This document shows positions 46,501 to 60,196 of a DNA stretch of 64,000 nucleotides, one piece after another. Position 1 is the stretch's first letter; each line of letters opens with the position of its first letter. Source of the stretch: an uncultured Verrucomicrobiae bacterium (GTDB lineage: Bacteria > Verrucomicrobiota > Verrucomicrobiia > Limisphaerales > JAFGQR01); assembly GCA_963788655.1 (NCBI GenBank), contig CAWBHS010000004.1:1-64000 (forward strand), read 5' to 3'. A program made the translations under genes and the position numbers. The notes beneath the pieces are model-generated. The model did not search any database and had not been told where the DNA came from. It saw only the letters and a program-made list of their open reading frames with translations.

Positions 46501-49344
46501 GTTCAACCGCACCGAGGCAGCCATCGACGTCAGCGGTTGGTTCCTGAGCGACTCGCGCGATGATTTGAAACGCTTCCGTATTCCGAACGGCACAGTGATT
46601 GGCGCCGGTGACTTCGCCGTGTTTTACGAAGTCGATTTCAACACCAACAATCCGCTCGTACCGTTCTCGCTCAGTTCGGCCAATGGCGACCAAGTCTATC
46701 TCTCCGCCGCGGACGCCAACGGCAACCTGACCGGCTACCAGTCCCGCGTTGATTTCGGACCGGCGGAGAATGGGGTTTCCTTTGGGCGCTATGAAACGAG
46801 CGTGGGCCGCGATTTTACGGCAATGGCCGAACGGACTTTCGGCATGGACTCCCCCGCGACAGTTGGCCAATTTCGCTCTGGCACCGGGTTGGTCAACAGC
46901 GCGCCGCGCGTGGGTCCGGTGGTGATCAACGAGGTGCTGTTTCATCCGCCCGACATCGGCGGCACCAACGACAACACCTTTGCGGAGTTCATTGAATTGC
47001 ATAACGTCACGACGAACAGCGTGACGCTTTACGATTCGGCGTTCCCAACAAATACCTGGCGTGTGCGCGGGGGTGTGGACTTTGATTTTCCGCAGGGCAC
47101 GACATTGCCGTCGCGCGGATACCTGCTGTTGGTGAGTTTCGATCCGACCACCAACGCCACCGAGTTGGCGGCGTTCCGCAGCAACTACGGATTGCCTACG
47201 AGTGCGACCATCCTGGGTCCCTACGCCGGCAAACTGCAAAACAGCAGCGAGACGTTGAAGCTCCTCAAACCGGACGCCCCGCAAGGGTCCGGGGCCGGAG
47301 GAAGGGCTGGTGCCTTACGTGTTGGTGGATCTGCTGCATTATGGCGACGCGTACCCTTGGCCGGTGAGCCCGGATGGCAACGGTGACTCGCTCCAACGAC
47401 GCCGGCCATTCGACTACGGCAACGATCCGGCCAATTGGAAAGGCGAACCTCCGACCGCCGGGCGGGCCAACGTCGCCGCAAGTGATTTCACTGACACCGA
47501 TGGCGATGGTTTGCCGGACACCTACGAATTGGCCAACAGTTTGAACATAAGCGATCCGACTGACGCTGCGGCGGATGCCGACCACGATGGCCGCTCCAAT
47601 GAGGCCGAATTCCTCGACGGCACGGGACCGCAAAACGCTGCCGATTATCTATCAGGTGCCGGCCATTGAAACCGCGCCGGCGGACCGGATCGCATCGGCG
47701 GGAACGGTGGTGAACTTCACCGTGACGGCCAATGGCACGGAGCCGTTAAGCTATCAATGGCGCGTCAATGGATTGGCGATGCCGGGTGCCACGAATGCTT
47801 CGTTGACCCTGACCAACGTGCAAGCTTCGGAGGCCGGCGACTACCATGTGGTCGTTCACAATGCCGCCGGTTTTGTGATCAGTGAAGTCGCCCGACTAAC
47901 GGTCAATCAACCGCTCGAAATCCTCGCCCAGCCGTTGAGCCAGTACGCCGATTTGGGCAGCATGGTCACCCTCAATGTGCTGGCTCAGGGCACCGGCACG
48001 CTGCGCTATCAGTGGCAACGTGACGGAGTGAATTTGACTGGTGCTACTAACGCCTCGCTTGTCTTGTCGGAGGTGCAAGCCGGGGATAGCGGCAATTACG
48101 CGGTCGTGGTGACGGACGATGTCCAATCGCAGGTTAGTGCCAGCGCCACGTTGACGGTGCTGAGTCCGCCCATCATCTTGCAGCAACCGCAAAGTCAGAC
48201 AGTAGTGGCTTATACCGATGTCTATTTCACGGTGATCGCCGGAGGGCAAGGACCGTTCGCTTACCAATGGCGGCTCAACGGGGTGAACATTGTGGGCGCC
48301 AACAGTGCGATGCTGCAATTGCCCAATGTGCAATCAGGGCAGGCGGGCAGTTACAGCGTGGAGGTGTCCAATCCGGTCAGTTCGGTCGTGAGCAGCAACG
48401 CGCTGCTAACGATTCAAATTCCGGCCACCATTACCGAACAGCCCGTCAGCCAGATGGTGGATCCGGGAGCAACCGTCACGTTCCGCGTGGTGGCAATCAG
48501 CACTTCCACCATGACCTACCAGTGGCGGCTTAACGATCAAGACATCCCCGGCGCTACGGGCAGCACGTTGACGCTGGCGAACGTACAGGAAGCCGACAGC
48601 GGCCAGTACCAAGTGATCGTGACGGACGCGATTGGCTCAGCGGCCAGTGAAGTCGTGCTTTTGACCGTGTTGACCGCGCCGGCGATAACGCAACAGCCAG
48701 TCAGTGTTTCCGTCGTCGAAGGCGGCACCGCGGTGATCAGCGTCGAAACCAGCGGGGCGCTGCCGATGGGCTATCGCTGGCGGTTCGGCCATGTCACCAT
48801 TGAAACGAACCTGGTGTATTCGCACCAATCGTTCCTCACTTTGGAAAATGTAACCACCAATGACGCCGGCCTCTACGAAGTCATCATCACCAACATCACC
48901 ACCGGATTGCCCGGCCTGGCCAAACAGTCGGACCACGCCGAATTGGTTGTCCTGGCCGACAGCGATCACGACGGCATGCCGGATGTTTGGGAGGATGCTA
49001 ACGGGCTAAATTCGCAAGACCCGGCCGATGCGGACCGCGACGACGACGAGGATGAGATGAGCAATTACGAAGAATACTGTGCCGGAACAGATCCCGGCGT
49101 CGGCGCCAGTTACTTGCACGTCGCGACGTTGGAGACCGGAGACAGCGTCACGCTCAATTTCCTGGCGACCTCGAATCGCACCTACACCGTCGAGTACACC
49201 GACGGTCTGGACCACGTTCTATGGCTAAAGCTTGCTGACTTGGTGGCGCATTCGACGAACCAGGTCGAATCCTTGCCTGATCCGCAATGGAATCCCCAGC
49301 GTTACTATCGCCTGGCCACGCCGCGGCAGCCCGATCCGGATTGA
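40501..49344 (+). CDS. Giant secreted protein (~2900 aa): multiple lamin-tail domains, CotH-kinase-like domain, PKD-like and lectin-like domains, about five Ig domains, DxDxDG repeats; indels near 43680, 47300 and 47650
   Basis: Signal peptide MKFGWW..VRA; repeated V(V)INE(I/V)(M/L)Y.P....E(F/Y)IEL.N; DWDS..KNGYFY...WHWDSDLAF (CotH-like); repeated I..QP.SQ....G..V.F.V.A.G.....YQW..NG..I.GA....L.L.NVQ...G.Y.V.V. Confidence 0.85.
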
Positions 49345-49922
49345 GGTTGGGCATTGGGGGAAACGGTTATAGCATTAGTTCGGGCAAATTTGAGGCGCGT
49401 TCAATCCACGCCATACGAACCGCCAAAGCGGTAGTTTAGGAGTTCAGCACCTGCCACTGTGCGAATCGCGTTCAGGCCGGAGCATTTGGATTTCGGGCTT
49501 CGGTTTTTGAGCTCGGTCCCGACACGTTGTTTGCGACATTCGAGCAGCCAGGCAGCACAACCGCAGAAAATATTCAAAAATAGTTCTAGATTTCAGTTGT
49601 CAGTCAGTTCAGGAATCCTTCCAAGCAACTGCTTCCCCATAGAAAGCGGTTTGTGAGGTAAACAGTTCTTTGGAATTTGATCATTTGCGTAGCTTTTGGC
49701 GAGCTACGACCTCGTGGAAAAAAACCGACCAAAACTTCTTTACTGCGGAATTCGCCAAGGCGCGCCCCAATGGGCGCCGCCTTGTGCATTTCCGCAGCGG
49801 GTGCCTTGGTCGGTTCCCGTCCACGAGGTGCGCGGGTGTGCGCCTCTTTGTTTGTTGGATGAGGCTCGCCCGCTTGAACGCCACTGAGGTTAACATGCAG
49901 TCAATGGAGAAAGGATCAGTTG

Positions 49923-51170
49923 ATGAATCCCAAACGGTTGTTCCCCCCAATGCTGATGGCGGCACTGGCCTGCTGGCCACTGCTATCTTCAGCGCGACCC
50001 CGTCCCCCGCTGCCGCCCTGGCCGGAAGTTTTCCTGCAACGGCTGACCTTCGACGAACCTTATGCGCTACCTGCAGGGACAGGCGCTGAACGAAGCCCTA
50101 GCATTGACGCTTCGACTTGGGTGGAAAGCTGGAGCGGTTACGCCCTGAATCGGCAGGATGATCATTTGAACCCGGTCATCATGCCCATGGTCACGACCGA
50201 GCAATGGAACGTGGCCCCGGATGCCGGTATCATTCGCTTTTGGTACAAGAGCGAGTGGACTGCGCCGGGAGTGATGGCCAACGGCGGGCCGGGACATTAC
50301 GCCCGGCTGGCCGAGTTAATCACCACCACGGACAAAAAGCATCCCGTTGTTTTCTGGTCGTTGTATTTCTCGCCGGATGGCACCCAGCTTTACCTCAGTG
50401 GCGACGGGGCATCGGGGCCGGTGGATTACTTGAAGGCATCCATTTCCTGGGACAATAGTTGGCATCTGGTGGCCTTGTCATACGGACCGGAGGAAACCTC
50501 GTTATGGCTCGATGGCGCGTTGGCCGCACTTGGCCAGGGAATTCCGAGTGTGCCGATGGCGGCGGCGGGCCTGACCAGCCTGGTCATCGGGTCGGACGCG
50601 TCGGGGCGGAATACGGCCGCCGGGCAGATCGAAGAGTTTACCACGTTTGTCGGTGAACTGCCGATGTGGCAGACGGGATTCGCCTGGTATTTCCAGGCTA
50701 CATGGGAAACGGCAGCCCAAGGCCCCATCTCCGCGGAAGAAGATGCAGCGTGGCTGCAACAAGCTGCCGAGTTGCAAGCCCTGCGCGACGCGGGATTGGT
50801 GGCGCAAAAGCCAGCCATGCACCCCATGCTGCTGGAATTGGAGACGGGCTTCTATTTTCTGACGCCGGAGCTTTCCGGCACCAATGTGAATCTGACGCTG
50901 GAGAATGGCGAGACCAACAAAGCCTACAATCTGTTGTTCAGCCCGGTCCTGCCCGCGTCCTACTGGAGCACGGCCATCATCGGCACAATGGGGCAGACCA
51001 ATTTCACCGTCCCGCTGTCCAACTACGCCGCCTTTTTTCGGGCCGAGGAAGGGGATGATTGGGACGGCGACGGAATTAAGAACTGGGAGGATGCCGATCC
51101 GTCCGATCCGGACGTGGGCATTTTGCAGGTGACCATCGAGGCGCCGGAGGATGATTCAGTCATTCATTAA
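49923..51170 (+). CDS. Secreted LamG/concanavalin-A-like domain protein, directly upstream of the RHS gene
   Basis: Signal peptide; G.IRFWYK, WHLVALSY..TSLWLDG, LVIGSD, GQIEEF; C-terminal DWDGDG motif; 15 bp from the RHS start. Confidence 0.7.
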   Translation: MNPKRLFPPMLMAALACWPLLSSARPRPPLPPWPEVFLQRLTFDEPYALPAGTGAERSPSIDASTWVESWSGYALNRQDDHLNPVIMPMVTTEQWNVAPDAGIIRFWYKSEWTAPGVMANGGPGHYARLAELITTTDKKHPVVFWSLYFSPDGTQLYLSGDGASGPVDYLKASISWDNSWHLVALSYGPEETSLWLDGALAALGQGIPSVPMAAAGLTSLVIGSDASGRNTAAGQIEEFTTFVGELPMWQTGFAWYFQATWETAAQGPISAEEDAAWLQQAAELQALRDAGLVAQKPAMHPMLLELETGFYFLTPELSGTNVNLTLENGETNKAYNLLFSPVLPASYWSTAIIGTMGQTNFTVPLSNYAAFFRAEEGDDWDGDGIKNWEDADPSDPDVGILQVTIEAPEDDSVIH

Positions 51171-51185
51171 TCAAGCGAGGTAACT

Positions 51186-54100
51186 ATGAAAAGATACTTG
51201 TTTTGGCAGAGTTGGATTGGGCTGGTCATCAGCGTTTCCCTGATGTTACAGGCGCACGCGCAGACAAACACGGCTCGGACGGGACAGTTTTTCCGGGGAA
51301 CCGGGAATGATCAGCAATACCACTCATTGGTGGTGGCGTTGGATTTTCAGAAGGGAATCCCCTTGGACAACATCGGGGGGATTGCCACAAACCTGTTTGA
51401 TTGGAGTGCGCCCACTTACTACCACTTAAATGCGACGAATGCGGCCAGCCGGATTCCCTTTGAGAATTCGATTGTCGCTTTTGGGAGTCGGGTGGGAGGC
51501 AGCCCGCTCTATGTCGGCAGGAAGTATAGCTGGGGCGTTTACGGTGGGGAATTCGATCCCGAAATCAGCCCATATCTTTACATCGAAGCCTACTATCGGA
51601 CGAACTTCGAGTTCACGAATTACTTTTTCCTTTTTCTGCCCAATCATGCTTTTTACCCTGATTATTGGCGGGACTTCGCGACCAATGGCTTTGCCACGAA
51701 CCTGACGGAGTTGGGATTGACGGTTCGGGCTTACAATGTGCCTGAGCGCGCCTGGGGGGTGTCTCCCTACTACAGTTACGTGCTGACGCTGGAAGCGCAA
51801 CCGGAGGCGACCAACTACATTTTTGATTTCTACTTGCTGGGATACACCGATCAGGGCGACATGGTGGTGGACGACACCGGTGATTCCGCCTACTCTGATC
51901 TATTCACCGCAGAGTTTGACGAGCGCCCTCCAGGGCAGGCCGTTTTCCTGGACCAACCCCATTTCGATGGGACGCCCTTACCACCCGAGTACGCCGGAAA
52001 ATCCGTGGAAGAACTCACCAACTTCACGGCCAGTGCGACCAACGCAGTGTGGCTCACGAATGACACAGGTTATTTGACTGTCGATCAAAGCCCGGAATTG
52101 CGCCGCCATCCGCTGTTGGACCAGTTGGTTACTGATTTGCGGAATGATCCCTTGGCTTTGACGGCTTATGTGGTGAACGAAATCGAGTTGACCGACGCGT
52201 TGGCCTACGGCGAAGACGGCCAGGTGCCGGAGGATTCGGTCAATTTGGGCGGTGTCAATCGCAGTGCGCTGGGAACGTTCCTCGAAAAGCAAGGCTCGCC
52301 AACTGAGCAGTGCGCGTTGTTGGTCTATCTGCTACGCCAGGCCGGTTACCCGGCAGCCTACGTCTTCCACCAACAGCAATTTGGAACTGCTGGACTCGCG
52401 CTTGAGCAAGCTGCTGCGGATGCAGATTCGCGGAGCCGTAGATGAGTGGGGAAGTCCTTACACCAGCAACCGCTTGATCACGGTGAACTATCCGTGGGTG
52501 GTGGCGAACATTGACAACCGGTGCGTCCACATTTTCCCGTGGCTTAAAGACACCGAGATCGTCGAAGGATTGGATCTTTATGATTACTTACCCGCGGAAT
52601 ACGACTGCGGCTTCAAGTGGGTGCGTGATTATCTGTATGGAGCCACCAACATCCTGGGCCTGAGCGCGGAGCCGACATGCCGCGGGTGTTGTTTCCCAAG
52701 TTCGTGGAACAGAGTTTGCTGGACAATTATCCCGGCCTTTCCCTGGACGATTTGGGCGTGCGGATCGTGAACCGCCAGCATCAGTATGCGCGGTGGGAAG
52801 ATTTGCCGCAGCCAAATCTCTTGACCAACCAGAGTCAGGTCGTGGTACACGGAAAGTCTGACGACGGCCACCAATGAACTCCCCTACTTGAGCCAGGTTT
52901 TTGACATCATGCGCGTGGAGGTGCTGCGGTCCAGCACGGCCATCCTGGACACGGGGGAGCTGCGGATGTGCGATTTGCAAAGCCGCAAATTTCTGTTGTT
53001 CACCAACAACAGCCAACTGGTCCTGTGGCTGGCAGCCGTACCAGCCAGGCGACGACCAACCAATCCTCCTTTGACGCCTCCGATCCGGCGCTGACCAACC
53101 GGCAGGTCCTGGTAACGAACGTGCTGGAGAGCGGACAACCAATTCAAAGTCCGGTTGACCTATCAACGCCACCGGTCATTAACCAACGAGCTGGCCGTGA
53201 TTCTTAAAGGTGGGGGAAACCCGTGGTTACACCAATGAGTTGATCGTCACCAAGCGCGACGTGGCGGCACTTTGCTTCAGCGTCGGGCGCGTGACTCCAG
53301 CGATGCTGCAAATCCAAGCCGAAGACTACTGGCGCATAGAACGGCGCAAAGAAACCAACTCGGCGTACGCCCCGGCCATCGAAGACTACCAGGGGACTGC
53401 GGTTTATTTGATGGGGATGAGTTACTTTGAGCGTGCAGGCGAGTTTCAGCGGCTCAACCAGAATCTCCACAAAGTGCAAATGGTCTCTCGCTTTGCCGAA
53501 GGGTTGTCGAAACTCACCACCACCGAAGTCGGCGGCACGACGAAGGTGCAACCTGGGGTGGATATGCTTCACAACGAAACGGCCATCGCCGGCAACCGCA
53601 CCGTACATCCGGATTCGGGGGAGGACCCCACCGCGGCTCAAGTCGTTTCTTTGGCTCGACCTGGCCAGCAGTTCGGCCGAAGAACACGCGATGCTCAACC
53701 AATTCTTTGGGGAAACCAATTCGATCTCCACGGTGAAATTGCTCCAATTGGCGCAACAGCGCGCTGGTCCGAACCTGCGAAGGGATCGTCCAACTGGACG
53801 AGAACAATTACGTGGCGCGAGGAAATCAAGCGTCAACCGATTATGGTGGCACCTTGCTGAAGGACTATGATCCAGTGGCATGGAACGAGGTAACCTCGGT
53901 TTTTAGCCAGAACGAGGCCCGCTTCGCTTTGGTGTATATGACCCCGGCCGGGATCAGCAACGAGACGGCCTCATACAAAGGCATGGGCACCTTCCTATTC
54001 CATCCGCTGGGCGGCATTTCTCTAATTAGCACCAATTTGAACGGCGGCTACGGCAGTTACAGCCGACTTCCAGGCCGACGCGGGGTCGGAGGACAACTAC

Positions 54101-57100
54101 CTGAACTATTCCTTGTTTACGGCGGACGACAACTCGTTCTACTTCGGCCATAACGACCAAGAGGACACTTATTTCCAAAGTTCGTACTCCGCCTACGACG
54201 CGAGCCGGTATTTTAATGACACGTGGTCGCTGATACCTTCAATCTTCCAATACGATACTTCCTGGCAGATCGACGCGCTCTTCAGCTTGGGCGCTCGTCG
54301 TTCACCGATTCGGAATGGCGCGCGTACAACAGCGGGTTTTTTGGTCCCTCAGATTGGGTGGACTCAAAATCGAGTTTTGTTGCCGACCCGGTTAATCCTT
54401 TAACCGGCGAGTTCTACATCGACGCCGTGGACCTGTCCTTGCCGGGGCCGATGCCGCTGCAAATCCGGCGCAATTATCTGAGCCAAAATCGTTCGGAAAA
54501 CCAGTTCGGCATCGGCTGGAAATGGAGCTTCACCCCCTACCTGGTCGTGACCACCAACGCGGCGGAAATGCCGATCATCTACGCCGCCGAAATGGCAGGT
54601 TCGGTCGTGGCCTATCGCTTCCACACCAACGAGATGTGGCGGCCGGCGTGGGAAGACAATCCCAGCCTGAACAACAACAACAACGCCGGCATCGGCTCCG
54701 TCGCGAACATGATGAATGCCTGGCTGGCGCGGGCCGAAACCAACGGGGTGGAAACCTACGAGCTCAACACTCCCAATGGGAGTGTGCGCCTTTACGAGAC
54801 GATGTCCTTTCCGATTGTCACCAGTTCCAACACCCTGGCGCGCACCCGTCCTTACCTGGTCCGCTGGGAAGACGCCCGCGGTAATTTCTACACGTTCACC
54901 TACGGCACCAATGCCAGCGGCGGTGGACTATGGGGAACTTATCCGCATCGAGAGCAGCAACGGAGGCTACCTGGGCCTGTATTATGACACCCATGGCCGC
55001 ATCCGCGAAGCATACACCGGCGATGGCCGCCGGCTGAGCTACCGGTATGATAACTATGGCGATCTGGTGCAGGTGACCTTCCCGGACGCGTCGCAAATTG
55101 ATTACGGATACGCCCAGTACACCTTCACGACCAACAGCCAGACCTTCACTGATTCGGACCATCTGCTGGTGCGCGAACTCAAGCCGGACGGGCGGGTCCT
55201 GCAAAACGAATATGACCCGCAGCGGCGCGTCACGAATCAATGGGCCACCGTCGGGCCGGACCTCCGATTGGTGCGCACCGCGTCGTTCCTCTACACCAAC
55301 AATTACGATCCGACCAACCTCACGTTGACCCTCACCGGGACCACGACCCTCCTGGATTACACCAACCGGGCGACGACTTACTGCTACACCAACAGCCTCC
55401 TGCGGCGCGTGCGCGATCCGCTGAATTACGAAGCGCTCCAGGAATGGTACAAAGTGGGCGAAACCAATCCGCCCGCTTCCCGCGCAGCCTGAAGCAAGTC
55501 ACCGACCGGCGGGGATTGGTGACCGAATATCAATACGATGAACGCGGCAACGTGACCAACCAGACCGTGCGCGGCGACTTGCTGGGCGACGGCGATACCA
55601 ACACCGTGGCCACCCAACGGGCGGTGTTCAACGCACAAAACCTGCCGCTGCGCATTGAAACCGCTCGCGGCACGACCAACTGGTTTTACTACACGAACAC
55701 CTGGCTGCTTAGCGGCGTGTCCCAATGGGGCCTCAATGCCACGACGGCCGAGGCCATCACCAATGGGTACAATATTACAACGTCACCAACACGGTGAGCC
55801 TCGGCGGCACGGTGTTTACGAACGTGGCCTTGGGTTTGAAACATCGCGCCATTCGCGCCGAGGGCACCACCGAGGCGGCCACCGACGAATGGTGGCACGA
55901 TGGCCGCGGTTGGCCGACGCAACTCCGCTACCCCGGCACCAGCGATTCGAATGTGGTGACCACCTACTTTTACAGCGACCGGGGCGAGGTCCTGGCCCAA
56001 GCCGATGCCGCCGGGCGGAGGACCGAAATGGGCTACGACAACCTGGGGCGGCCCATCGCGCGCGAAGTGTTCGAGCCCGGAGCCACGGTGCCCCTGGCCT
56101 GGGATTACACCTATTACAACGAGAACGGCGAAGTGACCTGGACCGACGGGCCGCGTTACGATCCGGAGGACTATGTCTGGCGCGATTACGATGGGGCGGG
56201 CCGAAGACGGTCGAAATCCACTGGCGCACGCGGGCCAAAGCCGATGGCAGCGGCGTGGAGGCCGGCGCCGATCCGCTCGCTCCCAACGCTGCCAACGAGC
56301 CAGGGGACGACGGGCTGTATGCCACGACCTATTGCGATTACGATCCCTTTGGCAACCTCGTCCGCGTCACCGATCCACGGGGCAACTATACGCTCAAGAT
56401 TTATGATGGGCTGAACCGCCTGGTGCGGGAGGAAACGTATGCGGCCGACAACACGTTGATGGCGACCAACGGCCTGGCTTACAATGCGGCCGGCGACGTG
56501 ACGGACCCGTGCAACGGGCTGGGCGCCGCCACCCACAAGCTCTACACCAGCCGGGGCCAAGTGAAATGGCAGGCCAACGCCGACGGCTCGACCAACGCCT
56601 GGACTTATTACGCCGATGGCCGGTTGCGCCGGGAAATCCAGCGCAACGGCGCGTATTGGGAACCACCTACGACGATGCTGCCCGGACGGTGACGCGCGTG
56701 TTCTACACCGCCGGCGACTCGCCGCTCGCGACGAATACCGTCGAGTTCGACCGGCGGGGCAACGCGGTCCAGGGCACCGATGCCGGCGGTTACACCTGGA
56801 CGGCCAGCTATGATGGTTTGGACCGGGTGAAAGTGGCGGCGGGACCGCTGGTGACCAACCTGGTGGCCACCGGCATGGACCCCGAGGAATACACCACCAA
56901 CCTCATCCAACAAAGCACCACCTACACCTACAGCGCGAGCGACCAGGTGCTGGCGGTGCAGAACGCTCTGGGTGAAACCACGGTGGCCACCAACGACGCG
57001 TTGGGCCGGGTGATCTGGAGCGGCACCTACGCTTCGAACAGCGCCACACCGTTGCGCGTGACCAGCACCCTCTATCGGCCGACCACCACAGCGCCACCGT

Positions 57101-60100
57101 GACCGCCGGTACGGGCGACAATGCCGTCACCCCACGACGTTCACGGACACCGCGGGCAATCCGTTGTTGACCATCAGTTGCCCCGACACCGGGATCGCCG
57201 AATACGCGCTGAGCCGCTACGACGTGGCCGGCAACCGCGACCTGGCAAGGCCGTTACAGCAACACCAACGGCGCGGTCGACGCTCTGGCAGACCAACGCC
57301 TGGACCTCGACGGACTAAACCGCGTGCTGACCGAAACCACCCGCGACGGCGCGACCACCACCTTCGAGCGGGACGCGCTGGGCGACGTGACCGGCCGGGA
57401 AATGCCCAGCGGGCTGACCTGGTCGGCCACCTACACCAGCGACGGGCGTATCTTGACGGAGCACGATTCGGCGGCACCAACACCACGCGGAGCACGACTT
57501 ACAGCTATTACGGAAGCGGTGCTCCGTGGTCGGGTAAACTCTACACCGTGACCGATGGACGGAGCGTTACGCAGACTAACACCTACGATGACTGGTTGCG
57601 GGTGGCCAGCGTAACCACCAGCGGGAACGAAGACGAAGAAGAAATGACCGTCAGTTGGTCCTACGACGCGCGGGGAATATTAACAAACCTGGTGCAATCC
57701 TTCGCCAACACCAACACCGGACCAAACGACCGCCGTACGGCGGGATTACGACGCCTACGGCGCGGTGACTGGGAATGGTTGGCGCTCGATGGCGCGACGC
57801 CGGGCGCGCGGCATCAAAGCTGGGACAGCGCCGGCCGGCGAAACGGCCTGCGGCCGGCACCTGGAACGTTCCCTTCGCCTACGGCGCCGACGGCCTGATG
57901 ACTCAGGCGGGCGAGGCGACCTTCGGTTACGGCGACAATGGATTGCTGACCACCCGCACCAACAGCCATCGCACGTCATGGTCACGTCTCGCGATGGAAC
58001 CGGTCGGCGCTTGGAAACGACCACGACCGCGACAGCAACGACTTGACCGAGACGTTGACCTGGCGCGGCGACGGCCTGCTGACCGATTACACGGCCACCC
58101 GCAGCGACTTCACCGACACGCGGCACTACGCTTATCAGGATTGGAGCCAACGGTGCTTTAGAAAGCCTGTATCTCGGCAGAGCCAACCGCTGACGAACAA
58201 TTACGATTACGATCAAGGAACGGCCGGCGGTTTGGGCGTGCTGACGGCGGCCAGCCAATCCTCGGCCGAACTACCTGGCCAGTGGGGCTTGCCCAGCAGT
58301 GGCGGAATGGACGGGTTAAGCCGCGTGGTGCAGGCCACCAACACCGTGGTCAAGCGCACCGCCCACGGCCAGGTGAATGGCGCGGCGTCTCTACGGGCCG
58401 ACCTCAATAATCGTCCGCTTGCCATCCGCCACGATTCGACTCAAGCAGGCCAATGGCTGGCCGACATGGAATTGGTCGCCGGCACCAACACGCTGGAAAT
58501 CATCGCCGAGCATCCCGAGCCACCAGTTCAGCACGAACACCAGCAGTTCGTTTACGCTCACCAATGCCGCAGCCGATCTGGCGAATGCACTTATGACGGC
58601 AACGGCAATGTCACCCAGCGCGTCTGGAAAAACCACACCAACGGCACCGTTCGCACGCAGACCCTCACGTGGGATGCGTTCAACCGTTTGGCCGCAGTGA
58701 CCGAGCGCGATGCCGAGGACCAACGGCTACAACTGGCAAGCCGTCTTCGATGGCCTGGGCCGCCGCGTGCAAACGCTCGTGACGCTGGTCAGCAACAACA
58801 CCGAAACGGCTACCGCGACGCTCAACCACTACTACGATCCGAGCGTGGAGTTCCTGGAAATCGGCGTTTCGGTGAACGGCGTGACAACCTGGAAACTCTA
58901 CGGTCCTGATGGCGATGGCGGCTACGGCAGCCAGCAAGGCCTTGGTGGATTGGAAACGTTGAACACGGGCAGTCCCAACCAGAGCACCGGGCGTCATTCA
59001 GGACCACTTCGGCAACGTGCTGGCCGGTATTGCCGGCGGTTCGGTCACTTGGGCTGCCGCTCGCCTCACCAGCTACGGTCCAGTCGAAGGAACCCAATTA
59101 CCGACGCTTTCGTTCACCCCGCTGACCGCCGAGCACCTCGCCTGGCGCGGCAAGTGGCGCGACGTGACCGGCGACTTCTACTGGGGCGCGCGCCCGTACG
59201 ATGCGCGCCATCGGGCCTTTATCGCCTTCGACACGGCGGGTCACGCGGCAACGCCCGACGGTTACTCAGCCTTCGGCGGCAATCCCGTCATGCTCTGGGA
59301 CCCGGATGCGCGCTGTAATAACACCCCATCTGCCAACGTGCCGATGGTGCCGTGGCCAGACAGCGCGTTGGACCTCGAGATCGATGATACACTCAGGAAT
59401 CTGCAAACCATCAACACGGGCTACGCGCTGCGCCGCGAAGCCCAGGAAGCTTATGCGGCCGACCAAGTGAACCGCGCGCTGTGGGATTACCAACTCAATC
59501 AGCAGATTGACCACATGTGGGACCAAACGCCACAACGCGCCTATGCGGGCGCCGCGTGGCAACAGGAGACCGAGCGTTTACGGTACGAATCGACGCCGAC
59601 GCCCGATCTAAGTTGGTCCCAGCAGTGGCGCTACGACCCGACCGGAACGTTCGATAACGCGCTGGCGACCACGGCGAACATTGTGACCCTGGGGACTGCC
59701 AACTCAGCGAGCATCGCTTTCAGCGGGAGTGATTTGTGGGGCAAGGGCGGTTACTCGACAGGCCAGCGGGCGACTGAGGGATTGTTTCTGGTGAGCATGA
59801 TCGCGCCGGCAGGTGGACTGGGGCTCAGGGCGGAAGAAGGATTGCTGGGGGCCGCAGAGGGGTTAGGCAGATATGAGGTTGGGTCATACAACGTGCTGCG
59901 CGAAGGAGCGGAAGCTGGCTTGGACGCTCATCACGTCGGGCAGAAGGCCTTAATGAGGCAATTCGTCGAGGGCTACGACCTCCGAACTGCACCTTCAATC
60001 TTAGTTCCAAAAGCTGGTCATACACGTGGCGCAGATGTTCTGTCGCGGAACATGAGCGGCTTCAACAACGCGCGAGACGTTATCGCAAGAGACATTTGGG

Positions 60101-60192
60101 AGCTTCGGCGAGTTATCTTGGACATCCCGAACAGCCAGCTTCAGCGTTTGATAGAACTGAACAAACAAATGTATCCTGAGGTTAGGAGGTAA
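51186..60192 (+). CDS. RHS/YD-repeat polymorphic toxin (~3000 aa): signal peptide, transglutaminase-like domain, DUF6531-like motif, YD repeats, RHS core, HNH-like tip; many indels
   Basis: MKRYLF..AHA-Q leader; GSPTEQCALLVYLLRQAGYPA and VHIFPW; VADPVNPLTGEF..DLSLPG..LQIRRNY; many YD..G(N/R) repeats; WRGKWRD.TG.FYWGARPYD...NPVMLWDPD core end. Confidence 0.85.
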
Positions 60193-60196
60193 TGGT

